A stretch of DNA of 64,000 bases, taken from Deinococcus sp. (GTDB lineage Bacteria; Deinococcota; Deinococci; Deinococcales; Deinococcaceae). Under the pieces are notes generated by a model that made no database searches, had not been told where the DNA came from, and saw only the letters and a program-made list of their open reading frames with translations. The DNA lies in contig OZ253375.1 in the NCBI GenBank assembly GCA_965261005.1, forward strand, positions 160,001-224,000. Direction: 5' to 3'. This document shows positions 51,624 to 61,926 of this stretch, piece after piece. Made by a program: the position numbers and the translations under genes. The number at the start of each line of letters is the position of its first letter. The stretch's first letter is position 1.

Positions 51624-53513
51624 GTGTTGCTCGCCCTGGACGCCGTTCACAAGGAGTACGGCCAGCACGCCGTCCTGAACGGCGTGTCCCTTCAGATTCG
51701 CGCCGGGGAGCGGCTCGCCTTGGTGGGGCGCAACGGGGCCGGCAAGACGACCTTGCTGCGCCTGCTCTCCGGCGAGGAGCGGCCCGACGTGGGCGGGGTG
51801 CGCCGCGCGCCAGGGGTGCGGGTGGCGGCCCTGAGGCAAGACCCGGTCTTCGCGTCTGGAGCGACGGTGGACGGGGTGCTGGAGGCCGCCTTTCACGAGC
51901 TGGACGCGCTGGAAGCCGAGTTGGAGGCCGCCGCCGCCGGGATGGCCTCCGGGTCTGAGGCGGCTATAGAGCGCCACGCCGAGCTGCTGGAGCACTTCGC
52001 CCGGCGCGGCGGCTATGAGCGGCGCGCCCGCAAAGAGTCGGCCGCCCTTGCCTTCGGCTTCCGGGGCCGCGAAGGTGAATTGGCGGACAAGCTCTCCGGC
52101 GGCGAGCGCACCCGCCTGGGGCTGGCCGCCCTGCTGGTCCAGAACCCCGACGTGCTGCTCCTCGACGAGCCGACCAACCACCTCGACATCGTCATGATCG
52201 AGTGGATGGAGGGCTTTCTGGCGCGCTACGGCGGCGCTGTGCTGCTGATCTCGCACGACCGCGCCTTTTTGGACGCGGTGGCGACCTCCACGGCCTACTT
52301 GCAGGGCGGTGAACTGAAGGTCTACCCCGGCAACTACACCAGCTTCCGCGCCGCGCTGGACGCCGACCTCTCGCTTCAGGCCGCCCGCTTCGCGCAGGAG
52401 CAGAGCCAGATCGCGGACTTCGCGCGCTCCACCGCCCGCATGAAAGTCTGGGGCCTCGGCATGAGCAAGCTGGCCCGCCGTGCCAAGGGCATGGAGACGC
52501 GCCTGGCGCGCATGCGCTCGGCCGCCAGCGGCCCACCCCCGGCCGCCGAGCGCACGGCGCGCATCTTGTTCCACGCCCCGGAAAGCGGTGAGCTGGTCCT
52601 GGACGCGCGCCACCTGACCAAGCGGCTGGGCGGGCGCACCCTGTTTGAGGACGTGAGCGTCACCCTGCGCCGGGGGGAGCGGGTCGCCCTGATCGGCCGC
52701 AATGGGGCGGGTAAAACGACCTTTCTGCGCGCCCTGCTGGGCCTGACGCCCTCCGACGATTCGCGCGCCGAGGTGCGCCCGGGCGCCCGCGTGAACCTCG
52801 GCTACTACGACCAGCAGCTGCGCGGCGTGGACCCCCAGAACACCGTCTACGACGAGGCCCGCGCCTACACCCACAAGGACACCGAGGCCCACAACCTGCT
52901 CGGCACCTATCTGTTTCCCTACAACGCCCACGAAAAAAAGGTGGCGGTCCTGTCCGGTGGCGAGCGCGCCCGGCTGGCCCTGCTCAAGCTGGCGCAGGAG
53001 GACAACAATTTGCTGATCCTCGACGAGCCGAGCAACCACCTCGACATGGAGATGCTCGAAAGCCTGGAAGACGCCCTTGACGAGTACGCCGGCACCCTCT
53101 TGATGGTCTCGCACGACCGCCGCCTGATCGAGCACCTGGCCGACCAAATCTGGCTGCTGGAGGACGGGCGCTTTTACGCGTATCCCGGCGATTACGCCTA
53201 CTACAGGGAGAAGCATGTCGTGGTCGTGTCAGCAGAACAACCCGAGCAAAAGCCGCCCCCTTCGCGTGAAAAGCGCGGCCCCAGCCTGTGGCATCTCAAG
53301 AGAAAGGCCGAGGAGTTGGAGGCGGCCATCGCGGGGGCCGAAACCGAGCTGAGCGCCGCCCAGGCCGCCCTGGACACGGCGGGGGAGGGGGCGGCCGATG
53401 AGGTAGATTGGGCGGCCCTCGGAAACGCCGTCGCGGAGGCCGAGGCGTACCTGCTCGCCAAGATGACCGAGTGGGAGGCGGCCCAGGGCGAGGTGGAGGC
53501 GAGGAGCGGATGA
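51624..53513 (+). CDS. ABC-F family ATPase
   Basis: Two GRNGAGKTT/LSGGE/LDEP cassettes, no TM. TACACT-N6-GTG start. Confidence 0.92.
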   Translation: MLLALDAVHKEYGQHAVLNGVSLQIRAGERLALVGRNGAGKTTLLRLLSGEERPDVGGVRRAPGVRVAALRQDPVFASGATVDGVLEAAFHELDALEAELEAAAAGMASGSEAAIERHAELLEHFARRGGYERRARKESAALAFGFRGREGELADKLSGGERTRLGLAALLVQNPDVLLLDEPTNHLDIVMIEWMEGFLARYGGAVLLISHDRAFLDAVATSTAYLQGGELKVYPGNYTSFRAALDADLSLQAARFAQEQSQIADFARSTARMKVWGLGMSKLARRAKGMETRLARMRSAASGPPPAAERTARILFHAPESGELVLDARHLTKRLGGRTLFEDVSVTLRRGERVALIGRNGAGKTTFLRALLGLTPSDDSRAEVRPGARVNLGYYDQQLRGVDPQNTVYDEARAYTHKDTEAHNLLGTYLFPYNAHEKKVAVLSGGERARLALLKLAQEDNNLLILDEPSNHLDMEMLESLEDALDEYAGTLLMVSHDRRLIEHLADQIWLLEDGRFYAYPGDYAYYREKHVVVVSAEQPEQKPPPSREKRGPSLWHLKRKAEELEAAIAGAETELSAAQAALDTAGEGAADEVDWAALGNAVAEAEAYLLAKMTEWEAAQGEVEARSG

Positions 53514-54097
53514 ACACCATGCCGCGCGTGATGTCGCTGGTTTATCCGGGATTCTCCGAATTTGAGATCACGGTCGCCCTGACGCTGCTCGCCCACAAAT
53601 ACGAGGTCGTGACGGTCGGCCTCGACCCTCAGCCCGTGCGGGGCGAGGGTGGCTTGCGCGTCCTGCCCGACCGCACGTTGTCAGACGTTCGCTCAGATGA
53701 ATTCGCGGCCATGCTGATTCCCGGGGCCGTGGACATGGAACCGCTCGCGCACCACGCCTTGCTGACCGAATGCACACGCGATTTCGACCGTGCGGGCAAA
53801 ATTCTCGCGGCGATCTGCGGCGGTCCTTACGCCCTGGGCCAGGCCGGCGCTCTTGACGGCCGGGCCTACACGGTCACGTTCACGCCCGAACAGCGCCGTT
53901 TTCTCGGCGTCTTTCCCGAGCCAGGCTTTGAATACCGCGACGTGGTGAGGGACGGGCATGTTATTACCGCGCAGGGGCACGCTTACGCCGAGTTCGGCTT
54001 GGCCGTCGCGTCCGCTTTGGGCGCGGTCACTGATCTCGACGCGGCCCGCACGTTCTACCGGGGTTTGGGCCATCCTGCGTTTGAAGATAAGGGCTGA
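53510..54097 (+). CDS. DJ-1/PfpI family protein
   Basis: GFSEFE, LIPG, AAICGGP, VITAQG. Confidence 0.85.
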   Translation: MNTMPRVMSLVYPGFSEFEITVALTLLAHKYEVVTVGLDPQPVRGEGGLRVLPDRTLSDVRSDEFAAMLIPGAVDMEPLAHHALLTECTRDFDRAGKILAAICGGPYALGQAGALDGRAYTVTFTPEQRRFLGVFPEPGFEYRDVVRDGHVITAQGHAYAEFGLAVASALGAVTDLDAARTFYRGLGHPAFEDKG

Positions 54098-54157
54098 GGT
54101 TTTGTCGGGCGTTTGAGCTTCGGAACGCCCGCAGAACCGATGCTCTATATTTATGGC

Positions 54158-54415
54158 ATGATTAATGCTCGTAAAGTAGAACGAGTCAATGCGACCATTC
54201 AGGAGGAATTGCTGTCTTATCTTGACGACTACGCGAGCCGGCACGGCGTCCGGTCCCGCAGTCAGGCCCTTAACGCGGCCATCCGGGCGCTGCGCGAAAA
54301 GGAGCTGGAGGAGGGGTACCGCGCCCTGGCGGCGGCGATTGAACGCGGTGAGGAAACTTATCCGCCCTTTCTGGCGGACGGCCTTGACACGCCGGATGAA
54401 AAAGCGTGGAGCTGA
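54158..54415 (+). CDS. Ribbon-helix-helix antitoxin
   Basis: RVNATI..LDDY..SRSQALNAAI..LEEGY, upstream of MazF-like toxin. Confidence 0.8.
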   Translation: MINARKVERVNATIQEELLSYLDDYASRHGVRSRSQALNAAIRALREKELEEGYRALAAAIERGEETYPPFLADGLDTPDEKAWS

Positions 54416-54750
54416 TCCGGCGGGGCGACATCTGGCTGGTTGATTACCGGCCCGGCGGCCGTGAGGGCGAGGCGGGACAGATTCATCCGGGCGTCGTCGT
54501 CACCAACAACGCCAGCAACGCCGTGCTGCCGCTGATGCTGACCATCCCGCTCACGTCCAATACGGCGCGGTTGTACCCCACCAACGTGTTGCTGCCCAAC
54601 CACAGAACCGGGCTTGACCACGACAGCAAGGCGCAACTGGAGGCGCTCACCGCCACCAACGTGAGCCGCCTGCGCAGACGCATCGGCCACGTCCCAGAAG
54701 ACCTGATGACAGAGTTGGACGCCAAACTGAAAGCGCACCTCGCGCTGTGA
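54406..54750 (+). CDS. PemK/MazF-family toxin
   Basis: IRRGDIWLVD, GVVVTNN, IPLTS, TGLDHDSKAQLE. Confidence 0.88.
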   Translation: MELIRRGDIWLVDYRPGGREGEAGQIHPGVVVTNNASNAVLPLMLTIPLTSNTARLYPTNVLLPNHRTGLDHDSKAQLEALTATNVSRLRRRIGHVPEDLMTELDAKLKAHLAL

Positions 54751-54762
54751 TTCGCGGGAAGC

Positions 54763-56937
54763 TCAATCCGCCACGGCCTCTGTGAACAGTTCTGCTTCAG
54801 CAACTGCCCCTTCCAGCATCAGCCGCGCCGCCCGCGACCAGTCCGCGTCGCTCAGTCCCACGTACAGCTGCGCCCACAGCCAGCGGCGATAAGCCTCGGC
54901 GGCGGCCTCGCGCAGGCTGGGGCTGCGCCACACGTCCTGCGGGCCGATCTCCAAGGCGCTCGCCACGCCGAGTTCGCCCAGCACCCGCGCGTCCGCCTGC
55001 AAGCTCAGTCCCTCCCGGTGAAAGCCGTAGTGCCCCTCCAAACTGTTGAGCGTCTTGGGTCCCCAGGCGAAGCCGACGCGGGCCGTGTTCAGCCAGGCGC
55101 GCAGCACCTTCTCGGGCGGAAGGGCGAACAAAACGACTTCTCCCGTGGCCCGGTCGTTTGCGCTCAAAAACTGTGCCCCGGCCACGTTGCCCTCCAAATA
55201 CGCCGCGACCGCACCTTCCGCGTAGGCGGCGGCCCCCGCGCGCACGGCCTGGATGGCTTCCTGTGGGGTGAGGCGCGGCAAGGGCGGCGCCTCACCCTCG
55301 CCCTCCAACTCCAGGTGCGCGCCCGGCCGCAGGGCTTGCCCGGTGAACTCCAAGTACTCGCGCCCCTTGAAACGGTTGCGGCCCAGGGTGGCGGCCAAGT
55401 CCTGCTCGCCGTGGGGAAGGCCCTGCTCGCCATGCTTGATTCCCTTGGTGCCGCCGAACTTGAACTGGAGGGACTCGCCGCTCTTGCCCACCAAGCGCGT
55501 CTCCGTCAGCTCGCCGCGCAGCCACCACAGCGGCGAGGCGTGCCCCTCGCCGTAGGGTTCAAAAGCCTCGATCTCGCGCGCCAGCGACATCACGGCGGCC
55601 CCGACCGGCAGCGCGGCGTCGAGGCGGTAGCGCGGCACCGGCACCGCAAAGGTGCGGGCGTACTCGTGCAGCTTGTCCCGAAAGGCGGGCAGCTGGGCGT
55701 CCTCGATGGCGAAGCCGGCCGCGCCGGGATGGCCGCCGAAGCGCCTCAGGTGTTCTCGCGCGTGCTCCAGGCCGCCCACCGCGCTGATGCCGGGGGTGCT
55801 GCGGACGCTGCCCTTGCCCTGCGTGACGATGTAGACCGGCTTGTAGTAGGTTTCCAGCAGCTTGCTGGCGACAATGCCCATCACGCCGGCGTGCCAATCG
55901 GGATGGGTGACCACGATGGCCGGCTCCGTTGGATCGGCGATCTCCAGCGCCTCTTTGAACATGCGGTCCTGAATGCTGCGGCGCTCGGCGTTGCGCGTTT
56001 CCAGGTACAGGGCCAGTTCCTGCGCGCGGCGGGAGTTGCCGGTGGTCAGCAGCTCCAGCGCGAGGTCGGCCTCGCCGAGGCGTCCGGCCGCGTTCAGGCG
56101 CGGCGCCAGGATAAAGGCCACGTCTCGCGCGCTGACGTGCCCGCGCTGTCCAACACCGAGCTGTCCGCTTCCCATCAAAGCTTGTACGCCGGGGTGCACG
56201 CTCTGTCCGAGCTGGACGAGGCCCGCCATCACCAGCGCCCGGTTCTCACCGATCAGCGGCGCCACGTCCGCGACGATGCCGATGGTGGCGAGGTCGGCGT
56301 AATTTGTCGGCGGGGGCAATTTCAGCTCCTCGCGCGCTGCCCACAGCAGGTGGTAGGCCACACCCGCCCCGGTCAGGTTGTGCCGCGCCGGGTCATACTC
56401 GCTGGTCAGCTTGGGATGGACCACCAGGCACTCGGGAAAGTCCGGGCCGGGGCTGTGGTGATCGGTCACGATCACCTCCACGCCGAGGGCGAGCAGGGCG
56501 CGCACCTCGGCCAGGTTGGTCACGCCGCAGTCCACCGTCACCAGCACCTCGCAGCTGTCCGCGTGCTCCGCCACCTTGTCGGGGTGAACACCGTACCCTT
56601 CGTTCAGGCGGTGTGGGATGAAGCCGTGGACGTTGGCCCCCAGTTCGCGCAGGCCCAGCACCAGAACGCTGGTCGCCGTCACGCCGTCGGCGTCGTAGTC
56701 ACCGTGAATGCGGATTTTTTTGTTGCCCTTGATGGCCGCGACCAGGCGCCTCGCCGCCTCGCGCAGGCCAGGGTTGGGCGTCAGGGTCAATGCTGGCGTC
56801 AGCAAATCGCGGGTCAGGCCGCGCGCGTGGATCACCTGCGCGAGGGGCGGCGACACCTCGAAGTCGGCCATGATCCGCAGCAAGTCGGCCTTCGGGGCGG
56901 GCGCGGCCAGGACCCAGCGGGCGGGGGGCGGCCTCAT
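54763..56937 (-). CDS. recJ: ssDNA exonuclease RecJ
   Basis: HGDYDADG, TVDCG, TDHH, PRLNAAGR, GGH..AAG, Deinococcus/Thermus-type C-terminal extension. Confidence 0.95.
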   Translation of the reverse strand: MRPPPARWVLAAPAPKADLLRIMADFEVSPPLAQVIHARGLTRDLLTPALTLTPNPGLREAARRLVAAIKGNKKIRIHGDYDADGVTATSVLVLGLRELGANVHGFIPHRLNEGYGVHPDKVAEHADSCEVLVTVDCGVTNLAEVRALLALGVEVIVTDHHSPGPDFPECLVVHPKLTSEYDPARHNLTGAGVAYHLLWAAREELKLPPPTNYADLATIGIVADVAPLIGENRALVMAGLVQLGQSVHPGVQALMGSGQLGVGQRGHVSARDVAFILAPRLNAAGRLGEADLALELLTTGNSRRAQELALYLETRNAERRSIQDRMFKEALEIADPTEPAIVVTHPDWHAGVMGIVASKLLETYYKPVYIVTQGKGSVRSTPGISAVGGLEHAREHLRRFGGHPGAAGFAIEDAQLPAFRDKLHEYARTFAVPVPRYRLDAALPVGAAVMSLAREIEAFEPYGEGHASPLWWLRGELTETRLVGKSGESLQFKFGGTKGIKHGEQGLPHGEQDLAATLGRNRFKGREYLEFTGQALRPGAHLELEGEGEAPPLPRLTPQEAIQAVRAGAAAYAEGAVAAYLEGNVAGAQFLSANDRATGEVVLFALPPEKVLRAWLNTARVGFAWGPKTLNSLEGHYGFHREGLSLQADARVLGELGVASALEIGPQDVWRSPSLREAAAEAYRRWLWAQLYVGLSDADWSRAARLMLEGAVAEAELFTEAVAD

Positions 56938-56962
56938 GAGGGGGCTTCCACGGTGGCGGGCA

Positions 56963-58729
56963 CTACTTGCACGAATCGCATTGAACACAGGATACGGGAG
57001 CGGACGCCCCCTCCGCGCCCAGCGTCAGCCCGTACAGCACCCGCGCCGCCCGCCCGCGCGTGAAGAGGGCTTGTGGGCTGCCCTCCGGCTCAAACCCCGG
57101 CAAGCCCAGCCGCGCCAGCAGCGCGTTCGCCTGCCCCTCGCTGATGGGGGTGTCGGCGTAGGGCAGCAGGGCCGTTTGCAGCTTGTTCCAGGCCGGCCAA
57201 AAGCCGCCCAGCGCCCTCCGCGCGCCCAGCAGGTGCGCGAGGTCACTCATGAAGTCGAGCGGGCTGGCCGGGGCCGCGAGGTCGAAGCGCCCTTGCCGGC
57301 TGTAGGGCGCGCTGAACAAACCGCGCGAAAGCAGCTCGCCGGCGGAGGCGAAGCCCGCCAATCCCGACTCCGATACCCGCCGCCCCCCACGGCCGCTCCA
57401 CGGACGGTCGCGCAGCCGGGCCACCATTCCCGGGTCGCTCGCCAAGCCGGCCAGTGATACGTCCCTCGTGAGCGCCAGCCAAGCCGCCTTGCCGGCCGCT
57501 TCCCCCAGGGCCATCTGGGTGGGCGCCACCCGCGCCGAGTAGGCTGCCACGCTGTCAAAGGAAGCCGCCTGAGATACCACCAGCAGGTTGCTCAGGTTGG
57601 GTGGTAACAAACTCCGCAGCGGAATCTGGTACGGCAGCGGGCGCCCCAGCAGAAACAGCGGGTCGCTTGGCAGGTACGCCTGCCCGTCCAGCGGGTAGCC
57701 GCCGCGCGCCACGCCGTCGGGAAAGGTTGCGCCGAACAGCGCGTCGCTGGCGCCGAGGCGGTACTGGCCCAACAGGTGGCGGCTTTCGCGCACATACAGC
57801 TGCGGCGCCACGCCCGCCAAGGTGGCCTCGCCGAACACCTCCGGCTCCGACCGGCGCAAAAAGGCGACCACCCGCCGTGCCTCGGCGGCGCCGCCTTGCC
57901 GGCCCCGCTTCAGCGAGGCCGCGTTCGTCCCGTCCACCCCGAAGATGAGGAGACCGTTCACCAGCAAGCTGCCGTCGTCCTGCCGCGCCATGTTCAGCCC
58001 GCGCAGGGTGAAGCGCTCGGGGTCGCTGGCCTCGTAGCGGCCGGCCAGCGCGTGAAAACCGTAGGCACTTTTGCCCCGCCAGCCCACCGGCAATCGGTCG
58101 GTCGCTTGCTCTCCGGCAAGGGCGCGGCCCACCCGTTGCCAGTCCACCCCGGCCAGCCGGAAGACCAGCGTCGCCGCCATCTGCCGGTCGTCGAGGCCGG
58201 TGTCGGCCCGCCCCAGCGTAAAGGGGGCGCCGGCCCGCTCGGCCAGCTCGGCGGTGTCGCTGGCGTCGAGAAAGAGGGGGGCCGTGAGGTTGGCCGACAT
58301 ACCGTGCCAAGTCGTCTCGATGCCGACCACCTTTCCCTTTTCAACCTTCACCTTTTCCAGCCCGACCTCAAAACGCACGTCCACGCTGGCCCCGCTCAGC
58401 CAGCCGCGCAACACCTCCTCGGCGTGGCCCACGTCGAAGCTCGGCTGGTGGCCCACCGCCCGGAAGAACGTTGCGAACAGGCCGGCGTTCAGCAGGTGGC
58501 CGCCCGAATCGGTGCTGACGTCCAAGGTCGCCAGCCAACTGTTCGTCAGCACGCCGCCCGGCCGGTCCGAGGGTTCTAAAAGCAAGACGTTCAACCCTTT
58601 GCGCGCCGCCGCCACGGAGGCCGTCACCCCCTGCGGCGTGGCGCCGTACACGATCAGGTCGTATCCGCCCGGCACGCCCGGCCGCACCAACAGCAGCGCG
58701 AGCGCGAGCAGCAGGGCGGAAAGGCGCAC
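56963..58729 (-). CDS. Secreted FAD-dependent oxidoreductase
   Basis: Signal peptide, YDLIVYGATPQG, FLDASDTAELA, YVRESRH, GEAAG. Confidence 0.8.
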   Translation of the reverse strand: MRLSALLLALALLLVRPGVPGGYDLIVYGATPQGVTASVAAARKGLNVLLLEPSDRPGGVLTNSWLATLDVSTDSGGHLLNAGLFATFFRAVGHQPSFDVGHAEEVLRGWLSGASVDVRFEVGLEKVKVEKGKVVGIETTWHGMSANLTAPLFLDASDTAELAERAGAPFTLGRADTGLDDRQMAATLVFRLAGVDWQRVGRALAGEQATDRLPVGWRGKSAYGFHALAGRYEASDPERFTLRGLNMARQDDGSLLVNGLLIFGVDGTNAASLKRGRQGGAAEARRVVAFLRRSEPEVFGEATLAGVAPQLYVRESRHLLGQYRLGASDALFGATFPDGVARGGYPLDGQAYLPSDPLFLLGRPLPYQIPLRSLLPPNLSNLLVVSQAASFDSVAAYSARVAPTQMALGEAAGKAAWLALTRDVSLAGLASDPGMVARLRDRPWSGRGGRRVSESGLAGFASAGELLSRGLFSAPYSRQGRFDLAAPASPLDFMSDLAHLLGARRALGGFWPAWNKLQTALLPYADTPISEGQANALLARLGLPGFEPEGSPQALFTRGRAARVLYGLTLGAEGASAPVSCVQCDSCK

Positions 58730-58794
58730 GGCGGTCAGTTTGCCACGCGGCCGTGTGGAAAGGCTTTGACCCCTTATGACGTAGAATCCGATGT

Positions 58795-59106
58795 ATGGTC
58801 CGCAAACAGCTCTATATCGAGGAGCGTCAAGAACGCGCCCTCAAGGCCCGCGCCGCCGAACTCGGCGTCAGCGAGGCGGCCTTCGTGCGCGCCGCCCTCG
58901 ACAAGGCGCTGGAAAACCCCGCCGCCCTGCGCTCGGAAGAGCTTGACCGGGAGCGGGAGCGCGCCCTGAAGCGCCTGCTCAGTACGGCCGCAGAGCTTTC
59001 CCGTCAGGCCGTCATCGAACCGCGCTACCAGTTCAAGCGCGAGGACGCCTACGACGACCCCCGTTACGAGCGGGAATGGAACAAGCCCACTCAGAAGAAG
59101 TCTTGA
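58795..59106 (+). CDS. CopG-like antitoxin
   Basis: RKQLYI..LGVSEAAFVRAAL..FKREDAYD, overlaps PIN gene. Confidence 0.8.
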   Translation: MVRKQLYIEERQERALKARAAELGVSEAAFVRAALDKALENPAALRSEELDRERERALKRLLSTAAELSRQAVIEPRYQFKREDAYDDPRYEREWNKPTQKKS

Positions 59107-59543
59107 GCATTCTGCTCGACACCAACGTCTTGCTCTATACCGTGGACCCGCGCGACCGTTTTAAACGGGACCGCGCGAACAGCGTGGTCCAAACGCTTGG
59201 TCGGCGGCCCGACGTGGCGCTGAGCGCTCAGACCCTGGCCGAATTCTGCAACGCCGCCCTGCGCAAGTTCGCCCTCTCGCCGGACGGCATAGGCGACTAC
59301 ATTCGGCAGTACGAGCGTTCCTTCACCGTCCACCCCCTCACCGCCGCCATCGTTTCGGAGGCGTTGCGCGGCGTGCGGGACTACCGGCTGGCCTACTACG
59401 ACGCTCAGATGTGGGCCTGCGCCCGGTTGAACAATCTGGAGGCCGTCTTCTCGGAGGACTTCAACCCCGGCGCCACCCTGGAGGGCGTCGCGTTCGTGAA
59501 CCCCTTCGCGCCGGAGTTCGATGTGGCGGCCTGGGGGTCGTAA
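59103..59543 (+). CDS. PIN/VapC toxin
   Basis: LLDTNVLLY, YYDAQMWA, SEDF. Confidence 0.88.
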   Translation: MSILLDTNVLLYTVDPRDRFKRDRANSVVQTLGRRPDVALSAQTLAEFCNAALRKFALSPDGIGDYIRQYERSFTVHPLTAAIVSEALRGVRDYRLAYYDAQMWACARLNNLEAVFSEDFNPGATLEGVAFVNPFAPEFDVAAWGS

Positions 59544-59560
59544 AGAGGAAGGTAAAAAAG

Positions 59561-59620
59561 CCCCTCCCCCCTTGCGGGGGAGCGCGAAGCACCCCGAAGG
59601 GAGGGGTTGGGGAGGGGGGC
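59561..59620. repeat. REP-like palindromic element
   Basis: CCCCTCCCCCCTTGCGGGGGAG...GAGGGGTTGGGGAGGGGG between convergent genes. Confidence 0.5.
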
Positions 59621-59623
59621 TGT

Positions 59624-61876
59624 TTACGCCTTGCTGGGCGTTCCCCCCGACTTGCGCCGCGCCTTCCAGTTCTCGTAAAAGACGACCATCGGCGCGACGA
59701 TGTACACGCTGGAGTAGGTGCCGATCAGAATGCCGATCAAGAGGGCGAGGCTGAAGTCGCGGAGCACCTCGCCGCCGATCACCAGCAGCGACAAGAGCGG
59801 CAGCATGGTGGAGACTGAGGTCATGATGGTGCGCGACAGCGTCTGGTTGATCGAGACGTTGACGATCTCGCGGTAAGAGCGTCCGCGCAGGGCGCGCAGG
59901 TTTTCGCGGATCCTGTCCGAGACGATGATGGAGTCGTTCAGGCTGTAGCCGATCAGGGTCAGGATGGCCGCGACGGTCGAGATGTTGAACTCCAGCCCGA
60001 GCAGGGCGTACAGCCCCATCACGATGGCGACGTCGTGGACCACCGCCACGATGCTGCCGAAGCCGAAGGCGAAGTCGAAGCGGAAGCTGACGTAGATCAG
60101 GATCAGGGCCAGGCCCAGCAGCACCGCCCGAATGGTCTGGTCGCGCAGCTCGGCGCCGACGGTCGGCCCCACGGTGTCCACCGCCTGCACCTCGCCGCCC
60201 GGCAGCTTCGCAAAGGCGGCGCGCAGCGCCTGCACGCCCGGCTGCTGCAACTCGGGCACCTTGACGCTGTAGCTCTTGCCGGCCACCGCCGGATTGACGC
60301 TGCTCTGGATGGTGGCGCCGCTGGCTGTCACGCCCGGCACGTTCGCCGTGCCCACGGCGGCGCGCACCTGCTCGACCGTCGTGCCGGCGTTCGTCTTGAG
60401 GGTGATGGAGGTGCCGGAGGTGAAGTCCACCCCGAAGTCGAAGCCCCTCGTCAGCATCACCACGCCGCCCAGAATCGCCAACGTGATGGAGAGCGAGGTG
60501 ATGATGGGACTCGCCTTGATGAAGTCCACGTTGGGCGCCGTGAACCACTGCGGCGCGCCGAAATTGCGCCGCCGCGCGAGGGCCTCCATCAGCCAGCGCG
60601 CGAAGACCAGGTTGGAAAAGGCGGAGGCGATCACGCCGATGGCGAGCACCACCGCGAAGCCCTTGACGGGGCCGGTGGCGTAGTTGTAGAGCGCCAAGGC
60701 GGACAGCAGGTGCGACAGATTCACGTCTATGATGGTCCACAGCGAGTGGCCGTAGCCCGCCTGGGTGGCGTTCTTGATGCCCTTGCCGCGCCGCAGCTCC
60801 TCCTTGACCCGCTCGAAGGAGATGACGTTGCCGTCCACCGCCGCGCCGATGGTGAGGACCAGGCCCGCGATGCCCGGCAAGGTCAGCGTGGCGCCCAGGC
60901 CGCCCAGCAGCCCCAGGATGATGACGGCCGAGAACAGCAACCCGAGCGCCCCGACCAGGCCGAACCAAAAGCCGTAGTACACGAACAGCACCACGAATAC
61001 CAGCCCCACGCCGATCAGGGCCGCCAGGGCGCCGCTCCTGATGGCGTCGGCCCCGAGGGTCGGGCCGATCTCGCGCTGCTCGGCGAATTTGATGGGCACC
61101 GGGAGGCTGCCGGACTTGAGGACCAGCGCGAGGTCGCTGGCCTGCTGCGCGTCGAAGTTGCCGCTGATCTGCACGTTGTCGCTCAGGGGCTGCTGAATGG
61201 TCGCCACGCTCTGAATCTTGTTGTCGAGGACAATCGCCATCAGCTTGCCCACGTTCGGGCGCGTGAACGAGAGCAGCTTGTTGGCCCCGCTGGGCGTGGT
61301 CTTGAAGGTCACGACCCAGCGCCCGGTCTGCGGATCGGTGGCGGGGGCGGCGCTCGCGATGATCTCGCCGGTCGCCTGCACCGGCCCGAGGTCGGAGAGC
61401 TGGTACGCCCCCCCCGGCCCGCTGGGCTGGGCGCCGTCCCTCACGACCCTGAACTCCAGCACCGCCGCCTGCCCGATCACCCGGCGGGCGTTGTCCTGCT
61501 GGGCGGTCGAGAGGCCGGGCAGCTCCACGATCACGCGGTTGTTCCCCTGAATCTGAATGGTCGGCTCGGCCACGCCCAAGGCGTTGACGCGGTTCTCGAT
61601 AATGGTGCGGACCTTCTCCAGGTCGTCGCGGGTGTAGTTGGCTTGGTCGGGTTCGAGGGCCACCCGCAGGCCGCCCTGCAAGTCGAGGCCCAGGTTGATG
61701 AACTTGAAGCCGCCCGTCTGCGACTGCCACAGGGTACTGAGGCTATTGGGGTGCTGCCACGGCCGCCAGATGTAGGCCAACGAGGTCAGCAGCACGATGA
61801 GGAGCAGAATGGCCGTCCACGGCGTCTTGCTGGGCGGCGGCGCGCGGCGGTCGCGGCGGCGGGAAGAATTGGTCAC
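59624..61876 (-). CDS. secDF: Fused protein translocase SecDF
   Basis: LGLDLQGG, GPTLG, AVDGNV, GVDFTSG, GYSLNDSI..DRIRE. Confidence 0.95.
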   Translation of the reverse strand: MTNSSRRRDRRAPPPSKTPWTAILLLIVLLTSLAYIWRPWQHPNSLSTLWQSQTGGFKFINLGLDLQGGLRVALEPDQANYTRDDLEKVRTIIENRVNALGVAEPTIQIQGNNRVIVELPGLSTAQQDNARRVIGQAAVLEFRVVRDGAQPSGPGGAYQLSDLGPVQATGEIIASAAPATDPQTGRWVVTFKTTPSGANKLLSFTRPNVGKLMAIVLDNKIQSVATIQQPLSDNVQISGNFDAQQASDLALVLKSGSLPVPIKFAEQREIGPTLGADAIRSGALAALIGVGLVFVVLFVYYGFWFGLVGALGLLFSAVIILGLLGGLGATLTLPGIAGLVLTIGAAVDGNVISFERVKEELRRGKGIKNATQAGYGHSLWTIIDVNLSHLLSALALYNYATGPVKGFAVVLAIGVIASAFSNLVFARWLMEALARRRNFGAPQWFTAPNVDFIKASPIITSLSITLAILGGVVMLTRGFDFGVDFTSGTSITLKTNAGTTVEQVRAAVGTANVPGVTASGATIQSSVNPAVAGKSYSVKVPELQQPGVQALRAAFAKLPGGEVQAVDTVGPTVGAELRDQTIRAVLLGLALILIYVSFRFDFAFGFGSIVAVVHDVAIVMGLYALLGLEFNISTVAAILTLIGYSLNDSIIVSDRIRENLRALRGRSYREIVNVSINQTLSRTIMTSVSTMLPLLSLLVIGGEVLRDFSLALLIGILIGTYSSVYIVAPMVVFYENWKARRKSGGTPSKA

Positions 61877-61926
61877 AAAGGTGCTCCGAGGTGGAGAGAA
61901 GGAGGGGAAGAGGGCCGCCCTGAGCT